NCBI GenBank assembly: GCA_016219325.1 | Contig: JACRNH010000026.1 | Span: 3,098-67,097, forward strand | DNA: 64,000 nt | Source: Candidatus Collierbacteria bacterium | GTDB lineage: Bacteria; Patescibacteriota; Microgenomatia; UBA1400; JACPES01 | Direction: 5' to 3' | Part shown: positions 30,309 through 38,573 of the stretch, one piece after another | Layout of the letters: each line of letters begins with the position of its first letter | Numbering within the stretch: position 1 is the stretch's first letter | Made by a program: the position numbers and the translations under genes | Notes under the pieces: model-generated | Database searches by the model: none | What the model was told of the DNA's origin: nothing | What the model saw: only the letters and a program-made list of their open reading frames with translations

Positions 30309-30840
30309 ATGTAAGTTTTTTCTTAATTTCTGCCGGAACGCCGGCCGCCAACACTTTCTCCGGAATATTTTTCGTAACCACGGTTCCGGCTCCGACCATT
30401 GTTTCTTTGCCTATTGTAACTCCTGACAGCACTGTAGCGTTAGCCCCAATAAAAACTCCTGTTCCGATAACGGTTTTCTCAACTCTTTTAGGATAATGCT
30501 TAATTAAAGGATGATCGGAGAATCCCACTGATAAATGGCTTAAAATTATGACCCCGGGGGAAACCGCGGCATGGTCTCCAATCTCTACTCTTCCGGCTAA
30601 ATCAATTATTGATCCCGGGCCCAAAAATACTTTACTGCCAAGAGTTAGTCCCGGCAATCCGGTCCTGTCAAGATTCATAAAATTAACCTTATCGATAACC
30701 GCCGACCAGGGGATATTGGCTCCGAATAATTTCATCCACAAAACCCGCAGAGGCGACCAGGGCAGCAGACGAAAAACCATATCCCAAAGACCAAAAATAA
30801 AGTACTTCAGTAATCGTCTTAATCCAATTTCTGTCAACAT
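30301..30840 (-). CDS. Hexapeptide-repeat (LbH) acetyltransferase
   Basis: VIGTGVFIGANATVLSGVTIGKETMVGAGTVV hexapeptide repeats. Confidence 0.65.
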   Translation of the reverse strand: MLTEIGLRRLLKYFIFGLWDMVFRLLPWSPLRVLWMKLFGANIPWSAVIDKVNFMNLDRTGLPGLTLGSKVFLGPGSIIDLAGRVEIGDHAAVSPGVIILSHLSVGFSDHPLIKHYPKRVEKTVIGTGVFIGANATVLSGVTIGKETMVGAGTVVTKNIPEKVLAAGVPAEIKKKLTYV

Positions 30841-30930
30841 TTATGTAATGAGCAATGAACAGAAAACAGAAAACAATGAAAATCATTATTCATTGCTTTC
30901 TACTCATTATTTTCTGCTCATTGTTTTCTG
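30841..30930. repeat. IG-A element copy (TAATGAGCAATGAACAGAAAACAGAAAACAATGAAAA...TCATTGCTTTCTACTCATTATTTTCTGCTCATTGTTTTCTG)
   Basis: Read directly; supplies the last 8 codons and stop of gene 30907..32508. Confidence 0.7.
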
Positions 30931-32508
30931 ACTAAACAATTCTACTCCAAATCTCCATAAAAACCATCCGCTGCTGATTATCCCTAAACTAATTATCCCC
31001 GGTAAAAAGGGAGTTTTGAAAAACCATGGCTTATATTGGCTGGCCCGCAGGAAAAAAGTTTGAAAATTAGTTATGCTGCCAAAATATGATTCTGACACAA
31101 ACCATAAGGAGAACCAGTTAAAAACTGTCATTAAAACGACCAGAGATAAACCAATAGCTCTACGGAAACGAACCGGAGACAAAACCAACAGTCCAACCAA
31201 TAAAATGGCCATATGCTCTGTTAAATTAGGGAAAAAATATCTTCCCTGAATTCCGAACGAAAAACCCTTGCTTCTCCAGAACAATAAATTCCAAGCGTAA
31301 ATACCCAATGTATAAATCAAGCTGCTGCCGATTAGCCAAGCAAACGGCTTTAAATTGGCGACAATTTTTATTTTCTTAAAACCGGTTATCAATCCGATTA
31401 AAAAAAGTCCCGTGATAATTTTTATAACCCGATAAACCCAAAGGGGCAATGTCAAAGACAGCCAGCGGTAAACCCCCCAATACCACGGTAATACTTGGCG
31501 GTAAAAATCAACTGCCGATATTTTAATATAGTCGATTAAAAATGGTTGAGAATTCAAACCAATAGTGTCTTCAACTTCGGGAATGAACATATTGGCCAGT
31601 AACGGCTGCGGAATAATATTCCTAAGAGCCGTCCTGTTTATTATTCCGATGAAAATAACCGCGGCTATCGCCAACAGAACTACGGCTGATATTAATTTCG
31701 GAACAAGTTTGTTCTTCCGGCCGGTAATTACTTTCAGCCAGAGAAATAATGAAATTATTATCAAAAAAACTCCTTGAGTTTTCGTCAACAAAAGAGCAGC
31801 CAAAGCCAAAATCAGGGCTATCAGGTTTTTCCAGGTCGGGCGAAGATCGGCTTTTAACAAAAAAAGCATCGACAGGGGATAAATAAAATTCATCAAAGAG
31901 TCGCTGGTAACGCCGCTGCCTGTAAACATCCGCATCGGCTGAAACACCGCCATAGCGGCTAAAACGTAAGCATAGAAAATCTGTTTAAATAATATTTTCC
32001 CGATATTAAAGACCACAACCCCTAATCCTACGGACAATAAAACCGTCGCCGCTCTGGACAAAAACACTCTGGAAACCAAATCAAGGCTCCAGAATTGCTT
32101 GTTTATGGCTGATATATATAAATAGTATAAAGGCGGATAACCTGTAGCTTCATTAATTGAAAGAATGCTTCTTGATTCTGCCGGCATCGCAATCATTTCT
32201 TTTTCGTACAGTCCGTAAACAGAATTGGCGTACTCAATATTATATTCAGGATGATATGTAAACTTATTATTTCCCCGCTCATCTCTAAAAACTCCCAGAT
32301 ATTTTTCCGATAAAACAATATCAGCTGATGTTGAATACCCTGATTGAGGACGGTTTCTCAACGCCGCAAAATCCTGGGCTTGGGCAAAATGAGCCTGCTC
32401 ATCAGGGGTTTGCCAAAGGGGAATCATTGCTGCCCAGCTGATTCCGGCGAAAAAAACCGCGGTTGAAAAAATTATTAAAAGTTTGGAGGCTTTCTGTTGA
32501 AATTCCAT
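30907..32508 (-). CDS. GT-C fold membrane glycosyltransferase (ArnT/DUF2142-like)
   Basis: PLWQTPDEQAHF loop motif; polytopic. Confidence 0.5.
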   Translation of the reverse strand: MEFQQKASKLLIIFSTAVFFAGISWAAMIPLWQTPDEQAHFAQAQDFAALRNRPQSGYSTSADIVLSEKYLGVFRDERGNNKFTYHPEYNIEYANSVYGLYEKEMIAMPAESRSILSINEATGYPPLYYLYISAINKQFWSLDLVSRVFLSRAATVLLSVGLGVVVFNIGKILFKQIFYAYVLAAMAVFQPMRMFTGSGVTSDSLMNFIYPLSMLFLLKADLRPTWKNLIALILALAALLLTKTQGVFLIIISLFLWLKVITGRKNKLVPKLISAVVLLAIAAVIFIGIINRTALRNIIPQPLLANMFIPEVEDTIGLNSQPFLIDYIKISAVDFYRQVLPWYWGVYRWLSLTLPLWVYRVIKIITGLFLIGLITGFKKIKIVANLKPFAWLIGSSLIYTLGIYAWNLLFWRSKGFSFGIQGRYFFPNLTEHMAILLVGLLVLSPVRFRRAIGLSLVVLMTVFNWFSLWFVSESYFGSITNFQTFFLRASQYKPWFFKTPFLPGIISLGIISSGWFLWRFGVELFSQKTMSRK

Positions 32509-33197
32509 AATTCCTTAAGATAAATTAACGTATCCGGGATAAGTTTAACCGTCGAGGTTTTGTCGTAACGCCTGATAAAAACTACCGGAATTTCAGTAAT
32601 TCTCAATTTAGCCCTTGAGGCTTTGACCATTATTTCGGTATCCCAAAACCATCCCGGACTGTAACACTTTCTAACAACAGGCAATATTTTATCCCTATCA
32701 AAGAACTTATATCCCGCTTCGGTATCTTTAAAAATTTCACCTAAAACTAAATTCCGAACACTGCCATACCCCTTGCTGGCAAACCACCTCGGCAGGCTTT
32801 TTAAAGTAAAATCGTAAATTCTCCATCCGGATGCAACATCAAATCCAGAATTTATTTCCGAAATAAACCTTGGAATATATTCCGGCGGAATTTCGCAATC
32901 GATATCAATATATCCGACTACTTTCCCCTGCGACTTTTCTATTCCTTCAGAAACAGACCTGCCCCGTCCCGAATTTTTATCATGAAAATACACAGACAAA
33001 TGTTTCCTGGGATTTTTTTTAATATATGATCTAATCAAGTTAGAAGTCCTATCAGTTGAGGCGTCTTCAATAAAAATAATCTCCCAGCTGAAACTACTGC
33101 CATCAAGAACATTAATTATTCTGTTCACGCTTTGATTAAAATGCTCGCTTTCGTTAAAACAAGGCAAAACCAAGCTAAAATCAAATTGATAAGCCAT
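32475..33197 (-). CDS. GT2 polyprenyl-phosphate sugar transferase (ArnC/DPM1/GtrB-like)
   Basis: FSLVLPCFNESEH...IFIEDASTD...GRGRS; size and motifs of Und-P glycosyltransferases. Confidence 0.6.
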   Translation of the reverse strand: MAYQFDFSLVLPCFNESEHFNQSVNRIINVLDGSSFSWEIIFIEDASTDRTSNLIRSYIKKNPRKHLSVYFHDKNSGRGRSVSEGIEKSQGKVVGYIDIDCEIPPEYIPRFISEINSGFDVASGWRIYDFTLKSLPRWFASKGYGSVRNLVLGEIFKDTEAGYKFFDRDKILPVVRKCYSPGWFWDTEIMVKASRAKLRITEIPVVFIRRYDKTSTVKLIPDTLIYLKELWNFNRKPPNF

Positions 33198-33221
33198 AAA
33201 GTGATATTATCATAGCAATAT

Positions 33222-33300
33222 CATTGGGACATGGGAACATTGGAACATGGGAACAAATGCTCTAATGCTCAAATGTTCAAATGTTCAAATGCTCTCATGA
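33222..33300. promoter_or_regulatory. 5' leader repeat element IG-C (CATTGGGACATGGGAACATTGGAACATGGGAACAAATGCTCTAATGCTCAAATGTTCAAATGTTCAAATGCTC) directly upstream of aminotransferase start
   Basis: Second copy upstream of RmlD-like gene at ~47372-47435, same orientation relative to downstream gene. Confidence 0.5.
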
Positions 33301-34502
33301 ATTCAATCAATCTTCCCGCTATTGAAGGAGGAAAACCGGTCAGGAAAGATTTTTTGGTTTTTGGCCGGCCAATGATTCTTAAAGAAGAAATTGATGAAGT
33401 TCTGGAGACCTTACGTTCCGGCTGGTGGGGAACCGGACCCAAAACCAAATTCTTCGAAAAAGAATTCGCCAAATATGCCCATGCCAAATACGCATTAGCG
33501 TTGTCTTCATGCACGGCAGCCACAGAACTGGCTCTTGATATTTTGGAAATTGGCACCGGCGACGAAGTCATTACAACTCCTCTGACATTCGTTTCTACTG
33601 CCAATGTAGTCCTCCACCGTGGCGCAACAGTCAAATTTGCCGATGTTGATCCAAACACCTGGAATATTGATCCAAAATTTATCGGAAAAACCATTACCAA
33701 AAAAACAAAAGCCGTAATTCCTGTCCACCTTCATGGACGGCCGGCAGATATGGATGCGATTACTAAAATTGCCAAGGATCACAAACTCTATGTTATTGAA
33801 GACGCTGCCCACGCGGCCGAAGCCTGGTATCACGGAAAAAAAATTGGCAGTATCAGCGACTTTACCGCCTTTTCTTTTTACGCCACCAAAAATGTGGCTA
33901 CCGGCGAAGGCGGAATGTTGACGACCAACAATAAACAATGGTTTGAAACCGCCGCGATCCGGGCTCTTCACGGCCTATCCGCCGACGCCTGGAACCGATA
34001 CTCTGCTTATGGATTTAAACCTTATGAAGCCGTTTATCCCGGATACAAAATAAATATGACCGATATCCAGGCGTCTTTAGGCTTACCTCAACTAAGGTCA
34101 ATTGAAAAAAGCTCTAAAGTCAGAACAAGAATCTGGCAGGAATATCAAAAAGCTTTTTCTAAAATAGAAAGTTTGATAATTCCGGCCACTGACGAAGCAA
34201 ACACTGTTCATGCCCGCCATTTATACGCTTTGGTATTAAAACCAGAAATGTTTAAAGTTGACAGAAACAGATTTGTCGCCGCTCTTCAGGAAGAAGGCAT
34301 TGGTTGCGGAGTTCATTTCATTCCGGTTCATCTGCACGAATATTACAGAAAAACTTTCGGATATAAGCTTGGTGATTTTCCGGAATCGGAAAAAATCGGA
34401 CTGAATATTTTCTCCTTACCTATTTATCCTACAATGAATAAAAATGACGTTAGTGACGTCATCAATGCAATCCAAAAATTGGTAGACTATTACAGAAAAT
34501 GA
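33231..34502 (+). CDS. DegT/DnrJ/EryC1/StrS PLP-dependent sugar aminotransferase (ArnB/PglE-like); true start probably MNSINLPAIEGG (~33298)
   Basis: IEGGKPV, LALSSCTAATELAL, FSFYATKNVATGEGG (PLP-lysine region). Confidence 0.75.
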   Translation: MGTLEHGNKCSNAQMFKCSNALMNSINLPAIEGGKPVRKDFLVFGRPMILKEEIDEVLETLRSGWWGTGPKTKFFEKEFAKYAHAKYALALSSCTAATELALDILEIGTGDEVITTPLTFVSTANVVLHRGATVKFADVDPNTWNIDPKFIGKTITKKTKAVIPVHLHGRPADMDAITKIAKDHKLYVIEDAAHAAEAWYHGKKIGSISDFTAFSFYATKNVATGEGGMLTTNNKQWFETAAIRALHGLSADAWNRYSAYGFKPYEAVYPGYKINMTDIQASLGLPQLRSIEKSSKVRTRIWQEYQKAFSKIESLIIPATDEANTVHARHLYALVLKPEMFKVDRNRFVAALQEEGIGCGVHFIPVHLHEYYRKTFGYKLGDFPESEKIGLNIFSLPIYPTMNKNDVSDVINAIQKLVDYYRK

Positions 34503-35470
34503 AAACTTATCTTATTACCGGAGGAAGCGGCTTTATCGGGAGTTTCATTTGCGAAAAATTGTTAGCTGAAAATAACCACATTATTTGTGTTGATAATTTC
34601 ATTACCGGCCAACGTAAAAATATTGAACATTTATTATCAAATCCCAATTTCACCCTGATCGAAGCCGATGTTTCAAAACCGGATTGGATTGAATCAACGC
34701 TCAACGTTCAACGCACAACGCTCAATTTCATCCTCCACCTCGCCTCCCCTGCCGGCCCCAACCCTAAAAGCCCCAAAAGTTATCATGCTCTCCCTGTAGA
34801 AACTTATTTGGTTAACTCTATCGGGACTCATTACCTTTTGGAACTTGCCAAAAAACACAATGCTGTTTTTCTGTTTGCCTCAACCAGCGAAGTTTATGGC
34901 GACCCCGAGGTCCATCCCCAACCGGAAACCTACTGGGGACATGTAAATCCCATCGGCCCCAGAGCAATTTACGACGAAAGCAAACGCTTTGGCGAAGCGA
35001 TTTGCGCCGCCTGGAGCCGCAAATTTGGCCTCCAAACCCGAATCGCCAGAATTTTTAATACCTATGGCCCAAGAATGAATCCTGATGACGGCAGAGCTAT
35101 CCCGCTTTTTATCCAATCATCCATCAACCATCAACCATTAACCATTCATGGTGACGGACATCAAACCCGCAGTTTCTGCTACGTTGATGACCAAGTTGAA
35201 GGACTGCTAAAACTTCTGCGCTCCGATCTAAATGCCGATCCGGTCAACATCGGCAACCCCGTCGAACTGACAATTAAAGAACTTGCGGACACAATTATCC
35301 GGCTAACAGGCTCAAAATCCACAGTTCAATATAATAAACTGCCGGAAGACGACCCCGAACGCCGCCGTCCGGATATTTCAAAAGCAAAAAAGCTTCTCGA
35401 CTGGGAACCGAAGGTTGGACTGGAAGAAGGACTGAAAAAAACTATTGAATATTTCCGAGGAGCTAATTAG
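34499..35470 (+). CDS. UDP-glucuronate decarboxylase (UXS/ArnA-decarboxylase-like SDR); carries an in-frame heptamer-repeat insertion
   Basis: ITGGSGFIGS, YDESKR, RIFNTYGPRMNPDDGRAIPLFIQ (UXS signature). Confidence 0.7.
   Translation: MKTYLITGGSGFIGSFICEKLLAENNHIICVDNFITGQRKNIEHLLSNPNFTLIEADVSKPDWIESTLNVQRTTLNFILHLASPAGPNPKSPKSYHALPVETYLVNSIGTHYLLELAKKHNAVFLFASTSEVYGDPEVHPQPETYWGHVNPIGPRAIYDESKRFGEAICAAWSRKFGLQTRIARIFNTYGPRMNPDDGRAIPLFIQSSINHQPLTIHGDGHQTRSFCYVDDQVEGLLKLLRSDLNADPVNIGNPVELTIKELADTIIRLTGSKSTVQYNKLPEDDPERRRPDISKAKKLLDWEPKVGLEEGLKKTIEYFRGAN
34694..34724. repeat. Heptanucleotide repeat (TCAACGY)4 in-frame in UXS gene
   Basis: Read directly. Confidence 0.7.
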
Positions 35471-35540
35471 TCGTTTATTACAGAGAATTATTCAATTTCT
35501 GTTACTAACAACTAACAACTAATTACTAATAACTATTTTA

Positions 35541-36479
35541 TTGACTGGCTGCGCCGGATTTATCGGATCTAACCTACTTGATCGTCTCCTCGCTGATGGT
35601 TATCGTGTCATCGGCGTTGACGACTTTAATGATTATTATTCTCCGATTCAAAAACGCTCCAATATCGCTCGCCACCTAAACGATAACAATTTTACCCTGA
35701 TTAAATCAGATATCAGTAGATTGCCACGTCGCTACGCTCCTCGCAATGACGAAACAATTAACATCGTCATTCACTTAGCAGCGAGGGCAGGAGTACGAGC
35801 GTCTATTAAAGAGCCGCTTTTATATCAGAAAGTCAACGTCGGCGGAACATTAAAAATGCTGGAGTTGGCGAAAGAATTAAAAGTTAAGCATTTTATTTTT
35901 GGCTCAAGTTCCAGCGTTTACGGAAACAATACTCCTGTCCCGTTTCGCGAAGACGCTGCTTGCGATCAGCCGATTTCTCCCTATGCCGCTACCAAAAGAT
36001 CGGGCGAATTATTATGTTTTGCTTATTCTCATTTATATAAAATTCCCACAACTGTTTTAAGATTCTTTACCGTATATGGTCCGCGGAACCGCCCGGATAT
36101 GGCAGCATTTAAATTCATGGACTCTATTGCAAATGAAAAACCGGTTGACTTCTACGGTCAAGACACCAGCCGGGATTATACATATGTTGATGACATTGTT
36201 AACGGCATTCTGGCTGCTATCAATTTCATTCCCGATAATTTTGATATTTTTAATTTAGGAAATTCTTCGCCAACAAAATTATCTGAATTTATAAATACAA
36301 TTGAAGAAGTTGTTGGTAAAAAAGCTATTTTGGTTAAAAAAGAACTTCCTCAAGGCGACGTTCAAACAACTTTTGCAGACATTTCAAAAGCGGAAAAAAT
36401 TCTGAAATGGAAACCAAAGGTTAATCTTAAAACCGGAATCGAAGAACTTTGGAAATGGTATAAAATGGCAGATAGATAG
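35541..36479 (+). CDS. NAD-dependent sugar epimerase/dehydratase (GalE/WbpP family); carries P3 in-frame element
   Basis: TGCAGFIGSNL Rossmann motif, YAATK catalytic YxxxK. Confidence 0.7.
   Translation: MTGCAGFIGSNLLDRLLADGYRVIGVDDFNDYYSPIQKRSNIARHLNDNNFTLIKSDISRLPRRYAPRNDETINIVIHLAARAGVRASIKEPLLYQKVNVGGTLKMLELAKELKVKHFIFGSSSSVYGNNTPVPFREDAACDQPISPYAATKRSGELLCFAYSHLYKIPTTVLRFFTVYGPRNRPDMAAFKFMDSIANEKPVDFYGQDTSRDYTYVDDIVNGILAAINFIPDNFDIFNLGNSSPTKLSEFINTIEEVVGKKAILVKKELPQGDVQTTFADISKAEKILKWKPKVNLKTGIEELWKWYKMADR
35718..35750. repeat. P3 element (opposite DNA strand, same sense orientation) AGATTGCCACG-N10-CCTCGCAATGAC in epimerase gene (RLPRRYAPRND)
   Basis: Read directly. Confidence 0.75.
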
Positions 36480-36485
36480 GTTATA

Positions 36486-36707
36486 ATGCAATCTATGAAT
36501 TTGATTTGGCAACCTATCAAAACTCTTCTGATAAAAATTGGCCGGATTCAGACAATGATAATAATGTCTTTATTTTATTATCTTATCTTAGGCCCGATGG
36601 CAATTCTATATCGAATATTTAACCGCCAAAAACCATCAGGACAAACTTATTGGATAAAAAAAGAACCGATTAAAGATATGGATTTATATCTAACTAGACA
36701 ATTTTAA
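36486..36707 (+). CDS. SxtJ-like small membrane protein (C-terminal YW...RQF motif), possibly N-terminally short
   Basis: Ends ...YWIKKEPIKDMDLYLTRQF, matching remembered SxtJ family C-terminus; genomic association with carbamoyltransferase. Confidence 0.35.
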   Translation: MQSMNLIWQPIKTLLIKIGRIQTMIIMSLFYYLILGPMAILYRIFNRQKPSGQTYWIKKEPIKDMDLYLTRQF

Positions 36708-36711
36708 AAGC

Positions 36712-36780
36712 TAGCTATCTTGCTAGCTTGCTATCTTGCTAAACTGGAAAACAAGATAACAAGATAACAAGATAACAAAA
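36712..36780. repeat. IG-B related element (GCTAGCTATCTTGCTAGCTTGCTATCTTGCTA...AACAAGATAACAAGATAACAAGATAACAA)
   Basis: Read directly. Confidence 0.6.
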
Positions 36781-36785
36781 TAAAT

Positions 36786-38573
36786 TTGTATATTCTCGGC
36801 CTTTCTTGCTTCTACCACGACTCTGCCGCCGCTTTAATCAAAGACGGTAAGGTCATCGCCGCTGCTCACGAAGAAAGATTTACCAGAATAAGACATGATG
36901 AAAATTTCCCGGAGGAAGCTGTTGAATTTTGTTTAAATTTCGCTAAGATTGCTCCGAAAGATCTAACCGCTGTCGCTTTTTACGATAAACCCTTTTTAAA
37001 ATTTGAGAGATTGCTGACCACCTATTTTGAGACCTGGCCCAAAGGCGTATTTTCCTGGGCTAAAGCCATGCCGGTCTGGCTGTCTAAAAAACTCTGGATT
37101 AAATCCCTGATTCAGGAAAAGTTGGATGGGTACTCCGGAAAAATTTATTTCCCCGAACATCATTTATCTCATGCCGCCAGCGCATTTCTGGTTTCTCCTT
37201 TTGAAAAAGCTGCGATTCTAACTATCGATGGTGTCGGTGAATGGGCTACGGCCACTAAGAGTATTGGAGACGGAACCAATATCACTCTGACACATCAAAT
37301 TGATTTTCCCCATTCTTTGGGACTTCTGTATTCCGCATTCACTTATTACACCGGATTTAAAGTGAATTCCGCCGAATACAAAGTTATGGGATTGGCGCCT
37401 TACGGAAAACCCATATACGCCAAACTAATATTGGACAACTTAATTGATGTTAAGCCGGACGGCAGTTTTAAAATGAATATGAAATATTTTGCCTATCCTT
37501 ACGGTTTAACCATGACAAACAATTTATTCTGCCAATTATTCAATCATCAACCTGCTCAAAAAGGCCAGAAACCGGCTGAATTTGAAATGGATATCGCTGC
37601 TTCAATTCAGGCAGTCACCGATGAAATTATGCTGCGCCTCACCCGGTCTTTATATCAGGAGACGAAATTAACAAATCTTTGCATGGCAGGAGGCGTTGCC
37701 TTAAACTGCGTTTCAAACGGGAAAATATTAAAGGATGGGAAATTTAAGAGTTTATTCATCCAACCGGCAGCTGGAGACGCCGGCGGAGCATTGGGGGCGG
37801 CGGAGGCCGTATACTACGGCCTAAATTCAGAATTCAGAATTCAGAATTCAGAATTTAAACGTTGGGCTTTCGGCTCCGCTCTGCTCGGTCCGGAATATTC
37901 CGACACCGAAATAAAGATATTGCTTGATAAAAATAAACTAAAATATAAAAAACTCTCTCAAAAACAATTGACAAAAACAACCGCAAGCCTGATCAGTGAT
38001 CAAAAGGTAGTCGGCTGGTTTCAGGGACGAATGGAATGGGGGCCAAGGGCTTTAGGAGCCAGATCTATTTTAGCTGACGCCAGAAATCCGGAAAATCAAA
38101 AACGGGTAAATCTGGCGATTAAATTCCGGGAAAGCTTCAGGCCGTTTGCTCCGGTGGTGATGGAAGATAAAATGGGAAATTGGTTTGACGCTACCTGGAC
38201 AGATCCCTATATGATCACGGTTTGCCAAGTAAAAAACGGTAATAAAGTTCTAACCACCCGAGATAACAGCCAAATACCGGCGGTAACGCATCTTGACGGT
38301 TCGGCAAGAATTCAAACTGTGAACCGGAAACAAAATCCCCTTTACTACGATGTCATCCATGAATTTTATAAAAAAACCGGCGTTCCGGTACTTATCAACA
38401 CCAGCTTTAACCGCCGCGGCGAACCGATTGTCTGCGCCCCCCAAAACGCCCTTGATTGTTTCTTAGGCACCAACATCGACAATCTTGCCATCGGCTCATT
38501 TTTACTTGACAAAAAAAACATGCCTGAAAACTTAATTAACACTGCCAAAGCCCAAATATTCGCCCCTGATTAG
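36786..38573 (+). CDS. Carbamoyltransferase, NodU/CmcH family; contains in-frame (GAATTCA)4-5 tract
   Basis: YILGLSCFYHDSAAALIKDGKVIAAAHEERFTRIRHD N-terminus (Kae1/HypF-like), about 595 aa. Confidence 0.8.
   Translation: MYILGLSCFYHDSAAALIKDGKVIAAAHEERFTRIRHDENFPEEAVEFCLNFAKIAPKDLTAVAFYDKPFLKFERLLTTYFETWPKGVFSWAKAMPVWLSKKLWIKSLIQEKLDGYSGKIYFPEHHLSHAASAFLVSPFEKAAILTIDGVGEWATATKSIGDGTNITLTHQIDFPHSLGLLYSAFTYYTGFKVNSAEYKVMGLAPYGKPIYAKLILDNLIDVKPDGSFKMNMKYFAYPYGLTMTNNLFCQLFNHQPAQKGQKPAEFEMDIAASIQAVTDEIMLRLTRSLYQETKLTNLCMAGGVALNCVSNGKILKDGKFKSLFIQPAAGDAGGALGAAEAVYYGLNSEFRIQNSEFKRWAFGSALLGPEYSDTEIKILLDKNKLKYKKLSQKQLTKTTASLISDQKVVGWFQGRMEWGPRALGARSILADARNPENQKRVNLAIKFRESFRPFAPVVMEDKMGNWFDATWTDPYMITVCQVKNGNKVLTTRDNSQIPAVTHLDGSARIQTVNRKQNPLYYDVIHEFYKKTGVPVLINTSFNRRGEPIVCAPQNALDCFLGTNIDNLAIGSFLLDKKNMPENLINTAKAQIFAPD
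37824..37856. repeat. Heptanucleotide tandem repeat (AATTCAG)4.7 = same (GAATTCA)n, in-frame in carbamoyltransferase gene (SEFRIQNSEF)
   Basis: Read directly; reverse complement of the 9380 tract; same orientation relative to host gene. Confidence 0.85.
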
